DNA of 64,000 bases from an uncultured bacterium (GCA_963720265.1 CAVRET010000001.1:261916-325915); one strand, 5' to 3'; positions 49,168 to 59,328 are shown, counted from the stretch's first letter. Numbers and translations are program-made. The notes: generated by a model from the sequence alone, not told the origin.

Positions 49168-50007
49168 ATGAATGCAAAATCATTAGGCTACAAACTTCTG
49201 TCATTCAACGCGGTACTCAGTTGGGCCGTTGTGATACTTGGATTGGTTGGATTGGGCTTGGCATCGTTTGCTGTTGTCGGGCTCGTCGGCATACCGTCGG
49301 TTCAAAAATGGCTGCTACCTTTTCTCGCTTATCTTGCCATCTCGTTTTTGCTTTTAGTCGACGGTGTTATTCTGAAGCGCGTTCGTTCGGCTCCATCGGC
49401 TGCTTTTACCTATTTTGCAGGCACCCGGTTTGTTTTAGCTTTGGTTATTGCCGCATATGGATATCTGCAAGCCGGAAATTTCAATAGTGCCTACCTGTTT
49501 CCGGTCCTGGTAGTTGCGTGGGCCTTGTTTGTTTTGGCGACCGCCTACTCTTTGTTCAAAGACAACCGTGTGGTACTCAAACTAGCTATGGTTTTGCTTG
49601 CCTGTGTTTGTGCTATCGCAGTAAGTGGATATGTGGTTGCGGTCATATCGGGATATGTCGGCGCTGCTTCCGGTAAGCGTACGGATGCCCAGACTTCGTA
49701 CGATTTTCAACTCTTACGCCAAGATATCCAATCCGATGCTTTACAGAACAATGGTATGTTGCCGGCCGCGGACAGCCTAAAATCCATCGCACAGGCCGGT
49801 TTTTATAGCCAGTCCGCGCATGTCGCGCTGAGGGTAGCCAAATATACGTACATACCGCTGCAAAATCAGGGCAAGTTCGAGCTGTGCGCTACCTTTTACA
49901 CGGATACCATGGGGAACTATCAACCTCAGTTGTCCGGCGGCCTGTCCGATGATGAAAGCTTTCATCACGCCGGCTACCAGTGCATTATCTATCTCGCCAA
50001 TAGTTAG
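49168..50007 (+). CDS. Membrane protein with a pilin-like periplasmic C-terminus
   Basis: About 5 TMs, then YTY..FELCATF..FHHAGYQC. Confidence 0.7.
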   Translation: MNAKSLGYKLLSFNAVLSWAVVILGLVGLGLASFAVVGLVGIPSVQKWLLPFLAYLAISFLLLVDGVILKRVRSAPSAAFTYFAGTRFVLALVIAAYGYLQAGNFNSAYLFPVLVVAWALFVLATAYSLFKDNRVVLKLAMVLLACVCAIAVSGYVVAVISGYVGAASGKRTDAQTSYDFQLLRQDIQSDALQNNGMLPAADSLKSIAQAGFYSQSAHVALRVAKYTYIPLQNQGKFELCATFYTDTMGNYQPQLSGGLSDDESFHHAGYQCIIYLANS

Positions 50008-50018
50008 GTGCTCGGCAG

Positions 50019-50525
50019 ATGCTGTTGAGCTTTATGGCCAGAATCGAAATTGTTGGGGCAAATCCTTATGTGTCCGTGTCGGTTGAGCAGGCGGAGAGGC
50101 TGAAGGCCGATTGGCGCAAACCAATGCCGGTACTGGTGCAGGTGAATGGTGAACCTAAGCCGCCGTGGAGGATAAACATGATGCCGCGCGGGGATGCGAG
50201 TTTTTATTTGTATCTGGCGGGGATGGTGCGCAAGGCTTCTGGGACGAAGGTTGGCGATACGGTGCAGGTTGAAGTGGAATTTGATGAAGATTATCGTGGC
50301 GGCCCGACAGACATGCCGGAGTGGTTTGCGGAAGCGCTTGAATCCGACGATGTGGCTATGACCTCGTGGCTGGCGCTATCGCCCAGTAGGCAAAAAGAGG
50401 TCGCGCGATACTTGGCCAATTTGAAGTCGGACGAGGCGAGGGCGCGTAATTTGGCCAAAGCAATGGAGATGCTTGGCGGCAAAGCCGGCCGGTTTATTGC
50501 TCGCGATTGGAAAGACGGGAAGTAG
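50019..50525 (+). CDS. DUF1905 + YdeI/OmdA-domain protein
   Basis: ANPYV, GDTVQVEV, MPEWFAEAL and LSPSRQKE motifs. Confidence 0.85.
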   Translation: MLLSFMARIEIVGANPYVSVSVEQAERLKADWRKPMPVLVQVNGEPKPPWRINMMPRGDASFYLYLAGMVRKASGTKVGDTVQVEVEFDEDYRGGPTDMPEWFAEALESDDVAMTSWLALSPSRQKEVARYLANLKSDEARARNLAKAMEMLGGKAGRFIARDWKDGK

Positions 50526-50535
50526 GCTGTGAGCG

Positions 50536-51138
50536 TTACCGCTCGAAAACCTCGTACTCGCCTTCTTTTAAGGCGTAAATCGGCAGCGAGGTATCATCAT
50601 ACTTTTCCAGCTTGTCGTGCGCCTGCTGCCAATTAACCGGTCCACGGGGGTCGGCATCGCCGAAGTTAGCCAGGTAATGTGGTATGAACTTGATTGGCAG
50701 AATTCCAAGACCGTCAAGGCATTTGCGCCAGTCGGATGACCAGAACTGCGCTGCCAGCACGTCGGAGCTGGCCGAGCCGGTGGCGACGACTTTGCCCTCG
50801 AAGAGCTTTGTCAGGTCAAATTGGCTCATCCAATACTTGAGCAAGACATCGTCACCGCTATTGAAGTAAATAACATCGGCGGCTGCGCACTGATCTTCAA
50901 GATTGTCAGGCACTGCAAGTTCAAAGCTTGGAGAAACACCGTTTGGCATGTCTTCAGCGATTGTGCCCGCATAACCCTTGAACCTAATATTCCAATATTC
51001 CCGCCCTTCCGCAAAGCTGCAGATGACGAACTTCGGATGACTACCCAGGTCTTTTACGAGCTCCCGGTGAAATTTTCGCTTGAGCTCGTGTAGTGGGTGG
51101 CTCTGCCGGAATCCGGAATTTAGCACATATTTCGTCAT
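50536..51138 (-). CDS. Peptidase S51-like protein (paralogue of 15613-16248)
   Basis: ADVIYFNSGD, GKVVATGSAS and GLGILPIKFIPHY motifs. Confidence 0.75.
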   Translation of the reverse strand: MTKYVLNSGFRQSHPLHELKRKFHRELVKDLGSHPKFVICSFAEGREYWNIRFKGYAGTIAEDMPNGVSPSFELAVPDNLEDQCAAADVIYFNSGDDVLLKYWMSQFDLTKLFEGKVVATGSASSDVLAAQFWSSDWRKCLDGLGILPIKFIPHYLANFGDADPRGPVNWQQAHDKLEKYDDTSLPIYALKEGEYEVFER

Positions 51139-51168
51139 GGCCGGAATTATGCCGTTGCTAAGGAATAG

Positions 51169-51705
51169 CTAAATCTTCTTAACCTGGAGCGAGTCGAGCT
51201 CGACTGGGGTTTCTCGGCCGAACATGTTGACGAGGACCTTGATTTTACCCTTGTTTTCGTCGATTTCGTTGACCATGCCGTCGAAGCCTTTGAACGGACC
51301 GTCGGTGATGTTGACTGCCTCGCCGACCGAGAAGTCGATGTTGAATTTGGGCTCTTCAACGCCCATGCGCTTTTGGATATGTTTAACTTCATCCTCGGAG
51401 ATCGGGGTGGGCGTGGTGCCGGAGCCCACAAAGCCGGTGACGTTGGGCGTATTGCGCACGACATACCAGGAATCTTCAGTGACGTCCATTTGCACGAGCA
51501 CGTAGCCGGGGAAAATACGGCGTTCCACGATGCGGCGGCGGCCGTTTTTGATCTCGATTTGATTCTCTTTGGGCACGATGACATCAAAAATTTTGTCAGC
51601 CATGTGCATGGTTTCGATGCGTTGGCGCAGGTTTTCTGCCACGCGGTCCTCGTAGCCGGAGTAAGTGTGAATGACGTACCAATGTTTGATGGCGGAATGA
51701 GCCAT
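51169..51705 (-). CDS. nusG: Transcription factor NusG
   Basis: WYVIHTYSGYE, FPGYVLV and KOW domain. Confidence 0.98.
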   Translation of the reverse strand: MAHSAIKHWYVIHTYSGYEDRVAENLRQRIETMHMADKIFDVIVPKENQIEIKNGRRRIVERRIFPGYVLVQMDVTEDSWYVVRNTPNVTGFVGSGTTPTPISEDEVKHIQKRMGVEEPKFNIDFSVGEAVNITDGPFKGFDGMVNEIDENKGKIKVLVNMFGRETPVELDSLQVKKI

Positions 51706-51715
51706 GGGTTGTAAA

Positions 51716-51901
51716 TTACGCTCCAATTAATTTTTGCACGATCGACTGGAACACGTAGTCGAGCGCACCTAAGAATATTGCGAGTACGGTCGAGAAAACG
51801 ATCACGAGAAAGGTCAGCCGGATCGTCTGCTGGCGATTGGGCCAGGTGACTTTGGCGAGCTCGGCGCGGGAGGCGGCGAGGTAGTCCATGAGCGGTTTCA
51901 T
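51716..51901 (-). CDS. secE: Preprotein translocase SecE
   Basis: ELAKVTWPNR followed by one TM helix. Confidence 0.93.
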   Translation of the reverse strand: MKPLMDYLAASRAELAKVTWPNRQQTIRLTFLVIVFSTVLAIFLGALDYVFQSIVQKLIGA

Positions 51902-52066
51902 CGAGCGGCTCCTTGGCTTGACCGGGTTAGAGGTCAAAATTAAAAAACCTTGCGGCTTTGTCAATAGTTTGCCTGATTTGAGCATAAAAGTCAACGAGTT
52001 TATGGTATACTCCTGAAGCCTAACCGAATGTTTCCGCGGTCTTGCGGACGATCATGGAAAGGAGTG

Positions 52067-52957
52067 ATGAGATTGCGGGCAATGCAAGCTGCGATCTCCC
52101 CCGATGCTCCGCTTGGAGCGTTGGGGCCGCAAAATCTGACAAGCACTTCCGGCAACTACGAACGCCTGGCGGAGCGGTGGAGCGATCCCGGGGCGACTCC
52201 GGCTCAGCTGGCTGGCCTTCTCGATGAGGCTTGTGCCCTTCCTATCCGGCTCGCCGCCCAACATTTCTGGACTCCTGGGCTTGCTTCGTGCATGCTGTTT
52301 GTCATTAAAGTGGCAATGTGCACAGGGCTGCCGCCAAACAGCTCCCAGCCGCTGGGGCCGGACGGCGGCATTATCACCTGGACCGAGACCCATCGGAGGC
52401 TCGCGCGGACCGCACTCGAGCATTTGTGCGAGCGCGTGTTCCGTGTCACAGAGCGCGACGGCGAACTGTTTGCGTGCCTCGTGGCCGATATCAAGATTGT
52501 CGAGGCGCTCATCCAGGTGTTCCGGGTGGTCCGCAATGAGGACAGCGGGCATATCTTCTTCCCTGGTTTGCTCGACATCGAGGACGATGAGCGAAGGCGT
52601 GCGGCACACACCTTCGCGATCGCACTGGCTCAGCATAGCCTCGGGTATTCCCTTCGAGACGGACGCAAGGACGGAATACTTCTGGCCCAGTACCAGTCGC
52701 ACCAGCGGGATTTCCTCGACATGCTCTGGGCAACCAATGCATTGACCTGGTTGCTTAAAGAGCAGCGCTACCGGCTGCTCACACCCGGGGGCTGGGAGTG
52801 GCTGCGTGAGCTCGCCTGTCTGCCGGGACCCGGCCAGACCGAACCCGTCGATGAGCCGAAAATGGCCGAGCTCCTCGGACGTTCAGGGGCCATCCTGTAC
52901 TGCGCGCTGGATCGTCAGCGAACAACAGCTATCGCTCTGGGCGCCCGGCCGGACTGA
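52067..52957 (+). CDS. Hypothetical protein (solitary unit I)
   Basis: AGGAG SD, TGgTATACT at ~52003-52011, perfect 16-bp hairpin at 52982-53018. Confidence 0.62.
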   Translation: MRLRAMQAAISPDAPLGALGPQNLTSTSGNYERLAERWSDPGATPAQLAGLLDEACALPIRLAAQHFWTPGLASCMLFVIKVAMCTGLPPNSSQPLGPDGGIITWTETHRRLARTALEHLCERVFRVTERDGELFACLVADIKIVEALIQVFRVVRNEDSGHIFFPGLLDIEDDERRRAAHTFAIALAQHSLGYSLRDGRKDGILLAQYQSHQRDFLDMLWATNALTWLLKEQRYRLLTPGGWEWLRELACLPGPGQTEPVDEPKMAELLGRSGAILYCALDRQRTTAIALGARPD

Positions 52958-53029
52958 GCCGGACGAGTCCGTGCGGTTATGCGCTAGGGTGACAGCCGTG
53001 GTGGCTGTCACCCTAGCGGGGATAATGCA

Positions 53030-54511
53030 TTAATTCTTAGGAATCGTGAGCCACGGAATAGCGAGAGCGGCGGCGATGAGGAATGACGTGAGCGCCACAA
53101 TAAGCGTGAGCGGGCCGCGGCGGGCGGCAGTGGCGGGTTGGCCGGTAAGGAGCGCCGGCGCGGTTTCGCGGTCTTCGATAGTAACAAGCTTGCGATAGAG
53201 CGCGGTCCACCAGGAAGCGGTGCCGGCACCGAATAAGGCGCCGGCCAGCCATGCCAACAGCCCAATTACTATAACTGTCTCCGGTTGCCAGATGGACGGC
53301 ACAGTCACAATGAGACCGACGGCAATGACGGCCAGGGGTAGGGCTAAAATGAGCTCGAGAATGAGCATTACGAAGCGCCAACCGATGAGCTCCAGGCGGT
53401 GGCTAAACAGCCTCCAGCCGAGTTTAGCTGCCGGCAGCGGTGCCTTGTTGGTGAGCGTGAGGGCGACGCCGCTGATGCCGCGGGTGAGCGCCAGAGCAGT
53501 GGCGGCATAGAGCAATAAGAGGAAGATGATAAACAAAGCTGTCAGTTGGAGCTCTGAGCTGACCGGCCACGTACCGCCACCGGTGAATACAAGGGCTGTT
53601 ACTGTGGCAAATATGAGCAGCTCAGACAGCCCAAAGCCGAGATCGAGCGCCAGGCGACGGCTAAACGTGTTGATACCGACGCCGACTTGCTGGCCGAGAC
53701 CGACCGGCCTGGCGTCAGCCTCGCGGGCAAGGCCGTAGATTATCGCGGTATGGCCAATGCTGCGGCCGATATAATAGATTGCTGCCAGCACGACTACTTC
53801 AACCCAAAGGCGCGGACCGGCCGTGACAATCCCCGACGCCATACGCGGCAGGCCGCCGGTGTACATGAGCCAGACTAAATAACCGCAGGCCAGACCGATA
53901 ACAGCCGCTGCGGCCGCGGCCAAGGCCAACCAGTGCAGGCGAGCCCGGGCACGCAGGCTGGCTTTGGTAATAGGGCCGAAATGCAGCGGCGCTACGCCGA
54001 CTTTGTGGGCCGGCGGCCGATGAGGTTTGGGATCATGGGCGGGCTTTGGTAGTGCCAGGTCGGTGAGGCGGCGAGCCGGCGTGGCAGTTTCGGCGGGAGT
54101 AGTCTCGTTGGCTGAGCTTTTTGCCTCGGCAACGTGCTTGCGGCGCCGAAGCTTGTGGATTTTGGGCTGCTTTGGCTCGGGTGCCTGCGTCGCAGTAGCG
54201 GTCGGTTTTGGATCCGGCGGCGGCCCGGGGGTTTGCGGTGACACAGCGAATTTAGCTATGGCCGGCGACGGTTTGATATCAGCCACGGATTTTAGCGGCG
54301 CATCGAGTTGAACACTGCGAGGTCGCCCAGGCGGCCGTTTCTTAGTAATGCGTGACGCTTTGGAAGTGCTTGTTGGTGCCCCGCCGGTTTGACTGGTTGT
54401 GGTTGGTGCGGCTGCCACAACTGATTCCGGAACCATTTGGCCACAATTAATACAAAAGTGCTGATCTTGCACCGCAATAATCTGATCTGAATGGCAGTTA
54501 GGACAGGTCAT
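53030..54511 (-). CDS. Membrane protein with N-terminal Zn ribbon and Pro-rich linker
   Basis: CPNC..CINCG, disordered P/K/T region, about 7 TMs. Confidence 0.78.
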   Translation of the reverse strand: MTCPNCHSDQIIAVQDQHFCINCGQMVPESVVAAAPTTTSQTGGAPTSTSKASRITKKRPPGRPRSVQLDAPLKSVADIKPSPAIAKFAVSPQTPGPPPDPKPTATATQAPEPKQPKIHKLRRRKHVAEAKSSANETTPAETATPARRLTDLALPKPAHDPKPHRPPAHKVGVAPLHFGPITKASLRARARLHWLALAAAAAAVIGLACGYLVWLMYTGGLPRMASGIVTAGPRLWVEVVVLAAIYYIGRSIGHTAIIYGLAREADARPVGLGQQVGVGINTFSRRLALDLGFGLSELLIFATVTALVFTGGGTWPVSSELQLTALFIIFLLLLYAATALALTRGISGVALTLTNKAPLPAAKLGWRLFSHRLELIGWRFVMLILELILALPLAVIAVGLIVTVPSIWQPETVIVIGLLAWLAGALFGAGTASWWTALYRKLVTIEDRETAPALLTGQPATAARRGPLTLIVALTSFLIAAALAIPWLTIPKN

Positions 54512-54657
54512 CCTTAGTGATATTTAAGCACTACCGGGAGCGATACTCAATGCGGTTATGCTTCGAAGTTTTCCCATGCTATCCCCTGTTTTGTTGGTGG
54601 AAATTCCAATGAGTAGCGGATGGCGATTAGGATTTTGTCTAAACTGTGCGACTCGGT

Positions 54658-55737
54658 CTAGGCCGGTCGGTTGATGAGGTAGCTGGCTAAGCGGCTGAGT
54701 TCGCCTTCGACCGAGGCAGAAAACTCCAGCTGGGGCAACACCGCTAGGGCCTGGTCGATGCGCTCCCCGGCCAGGTCTTCGGTGGCTTTGCGCGCGCCAC
54801 AACGTTCGTAAATCGTGCGTACTGTGGCCAAGTGGTGGTAACCTGCCTTGGGGTTTCCGGCAATGGTCTCGAGTATCCGGCGATCGGCCGGGTCGGCTCG
54901 GTGTAAGGCGGTCATATGTAAGACCGTGCGCTTGCCTTCGCGCAGATCGGAGAGCACGGATTTGCCGAGCTGCTGTTCGTTGCCGAAGGTACCGAGCAGG
55001 TCGTCGGCGAGCTGAAACGCTACGCCCAGAGGCTCGGCAAAGTCCGGAATGTGCCGGATAGCGGCAACTGGTGCGCCGGCCAGCAGTGCGCCCATGAGGA
55101 GCGGGGCGCGAAAACTGTAGGCTGCGGTTTTGGCCTGGTAGAGCTTGAGCAGGCGTTCCGGTGTAATCTCGGTCGCGTCTCTTGTGGGCATGAGCACGTC
55201 GAGCGTCTCGCCGGCAAATACCTCGAAGTTGGCATCGATATTGGCGCGGGCGGCGGCGAGGCGCGCGCTTTCGGCAAACGGCGACGTGAGAATGAGCTCG
55301 GTAGCGAGATTGGCGTTAATGTCGCCGGCGATGAGTGCCATGGCGTCGGCCAGGTGCCGGCCGCCGGCAATGCGCTCTTTGGTAAACTGGGCGCGGTAAA
55401 GGCCGGCAATATTTGGGCCGCCGTAACGTACGAGATCGCGGTCGATCAGATCATCGTGAATGAGCCAGGCGTTGTGGTAGAGCTCGGACGCAATCGAGGT
55501 TTTCAGAAGGGCTGGCTCGTACTCAGCCGGTCCATCGCTGCCGGTATAGCTGAGGTAGACCAGATATGGCCGCAGCCGTTTACCGCCGCGGGCCAAGAAA
55601 GCCGACAAGTGTCTGAGCAACTCGCCGTAGGCCGGGTCAAATTCAGCTGCGGCAGCGGTGCGTTCGGCCATCACCGCCACCAGCTCGGCGTTAAAGCGCT
55701 CTCGGAAGTCGGCCAAATTCAGCGGCGCACGCGTCAT
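54658..55737 (-). CDS. Polyprenyl diphosphate synthase
   Basis: GGKRLRP, HDDLID, KTA and FQLADD..SDLREGK motifs. Confidence 0.93.
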   Translation of the reverse strand: MTRAPLNLADFRERFNAELVAVMAERTAAAAEFDPAYGELLRHLSAFLARGGKRLRPYLVYLSYTGSDGPAEYEPALLKTSIASELYHNAWLIHDDLIDRDLVRYGGPNIAGLYRAQFTKERIAGGRHLADAMALIAGDINANLATELILTSPFAESARLAAARANIDANFEVFAGETLDVLMPTRDATEITPERLLKLYQAKTAAYSFRAPLLMGALLAGAPVAAIRHIPDFAEPLGVAFQLADDLLGTFGNEQQLGKSVLSDLREGKRTVLHMTALHRADPADRRILETIAGNPKAGYHHLATVRTIYERCGARKATEDLAGERIDQALAVLPQLEFSASVEGELSRLASYLINRPA

Positions 55738-57326
55738 GTGGCTGCGACCGGAGCTGGTTTCGCGGCTACGGGGTCTTCTGAAGCCTGGTTGGTTTGAGGC
55801 AGTGTGAGCGTAAAGGTGGAGCCGTGGTTAAGCTTGGAGGTGAAGGTAATGCGGGCGCCTAGTTTTTCGGCCAGTTTGTGGGTGATGTAGAGGCCAAGGC
55901 CGGTGCCACCGGTGGCCCGGGTGCGGTAGTCCTCGGAGCGGTAGAATTTGGTGAAAATCATGGGTTTGTCGCTGGCCGAGATACCAATGCCGGTATCGCT
56001 GACGGCAAACTCGAGACCGGTCTTGGCACGTTTGACAGACAGCGTAATGCTGCCTTTGGGTGTGTACTTGATGGCGTTGGTGATGAGGTTTTGCAGGATT
56101 TCGCGGAGCTCCATTTGGCTGGTAACGATGCTTCCCAAATCCGGCTCAGCCTCAAGCTCGAGCTTCAGGCGCTTGGCCCGGGCCTGATCGTGGTAGTCGC
56201 GAACGAGTTGCTCGGCGACACCTCCGACATCAACGAGGTCGTGGCTGAGGTTGAGCTGGTCGCGTTCGGCTCTGGCGAGCGTTGAGAGGTCTTGAATGAG
56301 TTGGCTTAGGAACACAATGTTGTTGTGCGATTCGTCGAGGAGCGGACGGATTTTGGCCGGCAATTTGGCAAAACTGGGCAACATGGCAGTGGAAAGGTTG
56401 GCCTCAGCGATGGCGAGTGGAGTGCGTAATTCGTGCGAGGTGACGGCAATGAATTCGCTGCGTTCCTCGTCGAGTGATTTTTGCTTGGTGATGTCGCGGA
56501 AAACCACCATGTAGCCGCCGCGGTGATCGGTGCCGGTGCCGAAAGCCCGGACCGGCGTGAGTGTGAGGTCGAGGATGATGTTGGACCCATCGGAGGCATG
56601 GTAGGTGAGATCCCCGCGACTGAGCGGCCGATCCCCGTGGGCGATGAGCTGAAGTATGTTTACTCGGTGGTCGTGGGCATCGTGTAAGGGCAAAACGTTG
56701 CTAATAGCAAGGCCGGCGATCGACCGGTTGGTATTGAGGAGCTCGAGGGCGGCCGCGTTGTAGAGGTAGATTTTGCCGTGTTCATCAATGGCTAGGACGG
56801 CGCTTGAGATGCTATTAATGAGCGCGAGCAGGCGCTGGCGTTCGCCTTCGGCCTGACGACTGAAGCGATCTTCGAGCATAAAGCTAAAGAGGAGCAAAAG
56901 TGTCAGTTTCACGACGAGTCCGGCGCCGGTGCTGGTTGCCGCCGGGCTGACATGAATTTGCCAGACGATAACGCCCATGGCCAATTGGCTACTGATGGCA
57001 AAGGAAAAGCCGGCCAGCCCGTAGTTGCTAATGAGGGCGGCGATGAGCAAAAAGACCAACGGGTAGTAGGTACTCTCGAGTCCGCCGGTCAATACGATGA
57101 GGCCAAAAACGAACAAGTGATCGATGGCCAGCGTATTCATACGTGATGTGAATACGGCAGCGCCGGTGCGCGGCCGTAGATAATGGGCCAGGTTGTAGAA
57201 GATGCCAGCCCCGAGCAACGTCAGCAGCATGATACTCGTCGGGTTGTGGCTGAACGGATAGGTTAGGAGTACGAGCGCGATGCACACCCAGCGCATGGTG
57301 CGGGCGGCTACGTCATATGATTTCAT
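55734..57326 (-). CDS. Membrane PAS sensor histidine kinase
   Basis: SHELRTPL, NLITNAIKY, DTGIGI and GTGLGL motifs. Confidence 0.95.
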   Translation of the reverse strand: MKSYDVAARTMRWVCIALVLLTYPFSHNPTSIMLLTLLGAGIFYNLAHYLRPRTGAAVFTSRMNTLAIDHLFVFGLIVLTGGLESTYYPLVFLLIAALISNYGLAGFSFAISSQLAMGVIVWQIHVSPAATSTGAGLVVKLTLLLLFSFMLEDRFSRQAEGERQRLLALINSISSAVLAIDEHGKIYLYNAAALELLNTNRSIAGLAISNVLPLHDAHDHRVNILQLIAHGDRPLSRGDLTYHASDGSNIILDLTLTPVRAFGTGTDHRGGYMVVFRDITKQKSLDEERSEFIAVTSHELRTPLAIAEANLSTAMLPSFAKLPAKIRPLLDESHNNIVFLSQLIQDLSTLARAERDQLNLSHDLVDVGGVAEQLVRDYHDQARAKRLKLELEAEPDLGSIVTSQMELREILQNLITNAIKYTPKGSITLSVKRAKTGLEFAVSDTGIGISASDKPMIFTKFYRSEDYRTRATGGTGLGLYITHKLAEKLGARITFTSKLNHGSTFTLTLPQTNQASEDPVAAKPAPVAAT

Positions 57327-58225
57327 GACTCCAGCAGTGACTTGAGTTTTTGTAAAGCTTCTGGCGAGAAGAGGTCGGTGAGCTCGCCGTCCTCAACCCA
57401 TTCGTGGTATTCGAGCTCGGTGTTTACTTTGCTTTCTTTGTCGCTAGGTTTATCTTCAGGCGCCTCTGATTCGGCCTTGGCAGCCTCGACCGGTTTGAAT
57501 GAATAGCGTACCCGGTATGAACTGCCGGATCTGGCTAGTGTAAAGTGCTCGGCCGGCTCAAAGCCGACAATCTCATATTCGGTCCACTCTCCATCCTGGT
57601 TTTGGTTCTTGTAAATTGTGCCAAGTTTGGGCGGCCGTTCGTTGGCTTCTTCATCAGCAATAGCGTCAATCCATTTGGCAGTATTCGAGGGATCAAGCGT
57701 GTAATCGAAAACCGTGGCGGCCGGCCGGTCGATTGTAATGGTGAGTGTGTGACTGTGAATCGGCTCAGGCTCGGGTTCATCGGCTGGGGTGGGTGGAATG
57801 GTGCGGCGCGGATGACGCAGCCAGCGCCAGGCAAAGAAACCGCCGACCAATATCACGACGATGACGCCGAACCACCACAGCCAGGCCCATGAGCTGTCGC
57901 CCGTGAGCTGGTACGGGCTACCGTCGGCCTCACCTTGGATGACTTGGAGTGTACCTTGGTCTGAGGCCGGGGCCTGGAGCGCGTTTGAATTGGGTGCGGT
58001 GAGGCCGTTTGAAGCACCGGTGGCTGATTGCAGCGGATTATTGCCGGCCGGCTGGAGTGTGGCACTGTCCGCACTGGAACCGCCGGTGGAGGTACCGGAG
58101 CTGGCTGCCGGTCCAAGCCCGGCGGCTGATGCACCTTGATCCACTGCTACATCGGCCAAGCCCGCGGCCGGTATAAGCGCAACGATTGAAGCAAAGCTGA
58201 TTGCGATAAGTGTGCGCCGAAGCAT
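57323..58225 (-). CDS. Signal peptide + low-complexity region + TM + SRPBCC-domain protein
   Basis: TITIDRPAATVFDY..AKW START-like domain. Confidence 0.72.
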   Translation of the reverse strand: MLRRTLIAISFASIVALIPAAGLADVAVDQGASAAGLGPAASSGTSTGGSSADSATLQPAGNNPLQSATGASNGLTAPNSNALQAPASDQGTLQVIQGEADGSPYQLTGDSSWAWLWWFGVIVVILVGGFFAWRWLRHPRRTIPPTPADEPEPEPIHSHTLTITIDRPAATVFDYTLDPSNTAKWIDAIADEEANERPPKLGTIYKNQNQDGEWTEYEIVGFEPAEHFTLARSGSSYRVRYSFKPVEAAKAESEAPEDKPSDKESKVNTELEYHEWVEDGELTDLFSPEALQKLKSLLES

Positions 58226-58388
58226 AGTGGTATTGTATCTGCTCCGAGGCCCTGCGACAAACGATATGGGGGTCATGCGCGAGGAATATAGGGTTGATTT
58301 TTTTGATGAGATGTTTTATTGTTAGGTATCCCTGCTGCGCGAACGGAGTAGCAGGATGCAAACCGTACGACCAAACGAAGGGGCGGGA

Positions 58389-58988
58389 ATGAAGCATTTT
58401 CTGATGGAGAACTTTCCCCTCATGTACTGGAGCAATCTCGAGGCCAAGGCTGGCGCGGTGCTATGCATCGTTCTCGGAGCTGCGGCCGCCACCGAGGCAT
58501 TGCGACAGCGCAGGCTGTGGACAAAGCGCATCGCGACGCTGGTCTGGTTCGCGCTCGCGGCCGCCGAGGTCACGATCGCGCTCTTCGAGTTCACGAAGGA
58601 CGTGGTGACACTCCTGCTGACAGCCGTGTTGATCATGGTGCTCATGGTGCACGGGATCAACAGCTTTATGGCCGAGCGCAACGGCAGCGCGAAGAGCCGC
58701 CGCAAGGCCATGACTCTGGGCTCGCTGGCGGCTGCAATCGCGGTCGAGCTAGTAATGCTGATCGCGTGCCTGTGGTACGTATTCAGTGCCCTGCACTGGC
58801 CGTCGTGGACCATGACTGTCCTGGACTGGGTGGACAACTATGTCTTCTGGTTCATGGCCGCCGCTGCGTTCGCGTACATGGTGTGCTGGCTCGGGCCGGT
58901 ACTTCTCGGTGAACGGCACCTCAAGGAGTGGTGGACTCGGGACATCTATCAGCCGCTACGCTGGGGCCTGGTCGCCGCCGGCGTTTGA
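58389..58988 (+). CDS. Multi-TM hypothetical protein (solitary unit J)
   Basis: TTGATT-N17-TATTGT at 58294-58322, hairpin at 58995-59041. Confidence 0.65.
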   Translation: MKHFLMENFPLMYWSNLEAKAGAVLCIVLGAAAATEALRQRRLWTKRIATLVWFALAAAEVTIALFEFTKDVVTLLLTAVLIMVLMVHGINSFMAERNGSAKSRRKAMTLGSLAAAIAVELVMLIACLWYVFSALHWPSWTMTVLDWVDNYVFWFMAAAAFAYMVCWLGPVLLGERHLKEWWTRDIYQPLRWGLVAAGV

Positions 58989-59094
58989 TTATCGAGCCCG
59001 GCGGGAGTAACGGAGCATGCCTGCTCCCCTCCCGCCGGGCTACGAGGTTTCATGCTGTTTGCATGAATATGCGAGGTATGGTACAAACGCGACA

Positions 59095-59311
59095 CAGGCG
59101 ATGACGCAGCTGACACTGCCGAGCTAAGAGAAGAACGCCGCGGTTGCGGTTATTAGAACTCTTCGGGTGCGCCCGTTACTGCGCAACGCCGCTATGCGGC
59201 GACCAAGGCCGGATCGGCAACGGTTTGGTGAAGCAAGGTGGCACCACGATTGTATTCGTCCTTGCACGTTAGTTCTAAGCTTTGGCTTAGGGCTGCGAGC
59301 GGGATTTTTTT
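59095..59311 (+). promoter_or_regulatory. T-box riboswitch leader
   Basis: AAGCAAGGTGGCACCACG T-box at 59231-59248, then a hairpin and T-tract, upstream of an aminoacyl-tRNA synthetase. Confidence 0.8.
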
Positions 59312-59328
59312 AATGGCTGGAGGAATGT

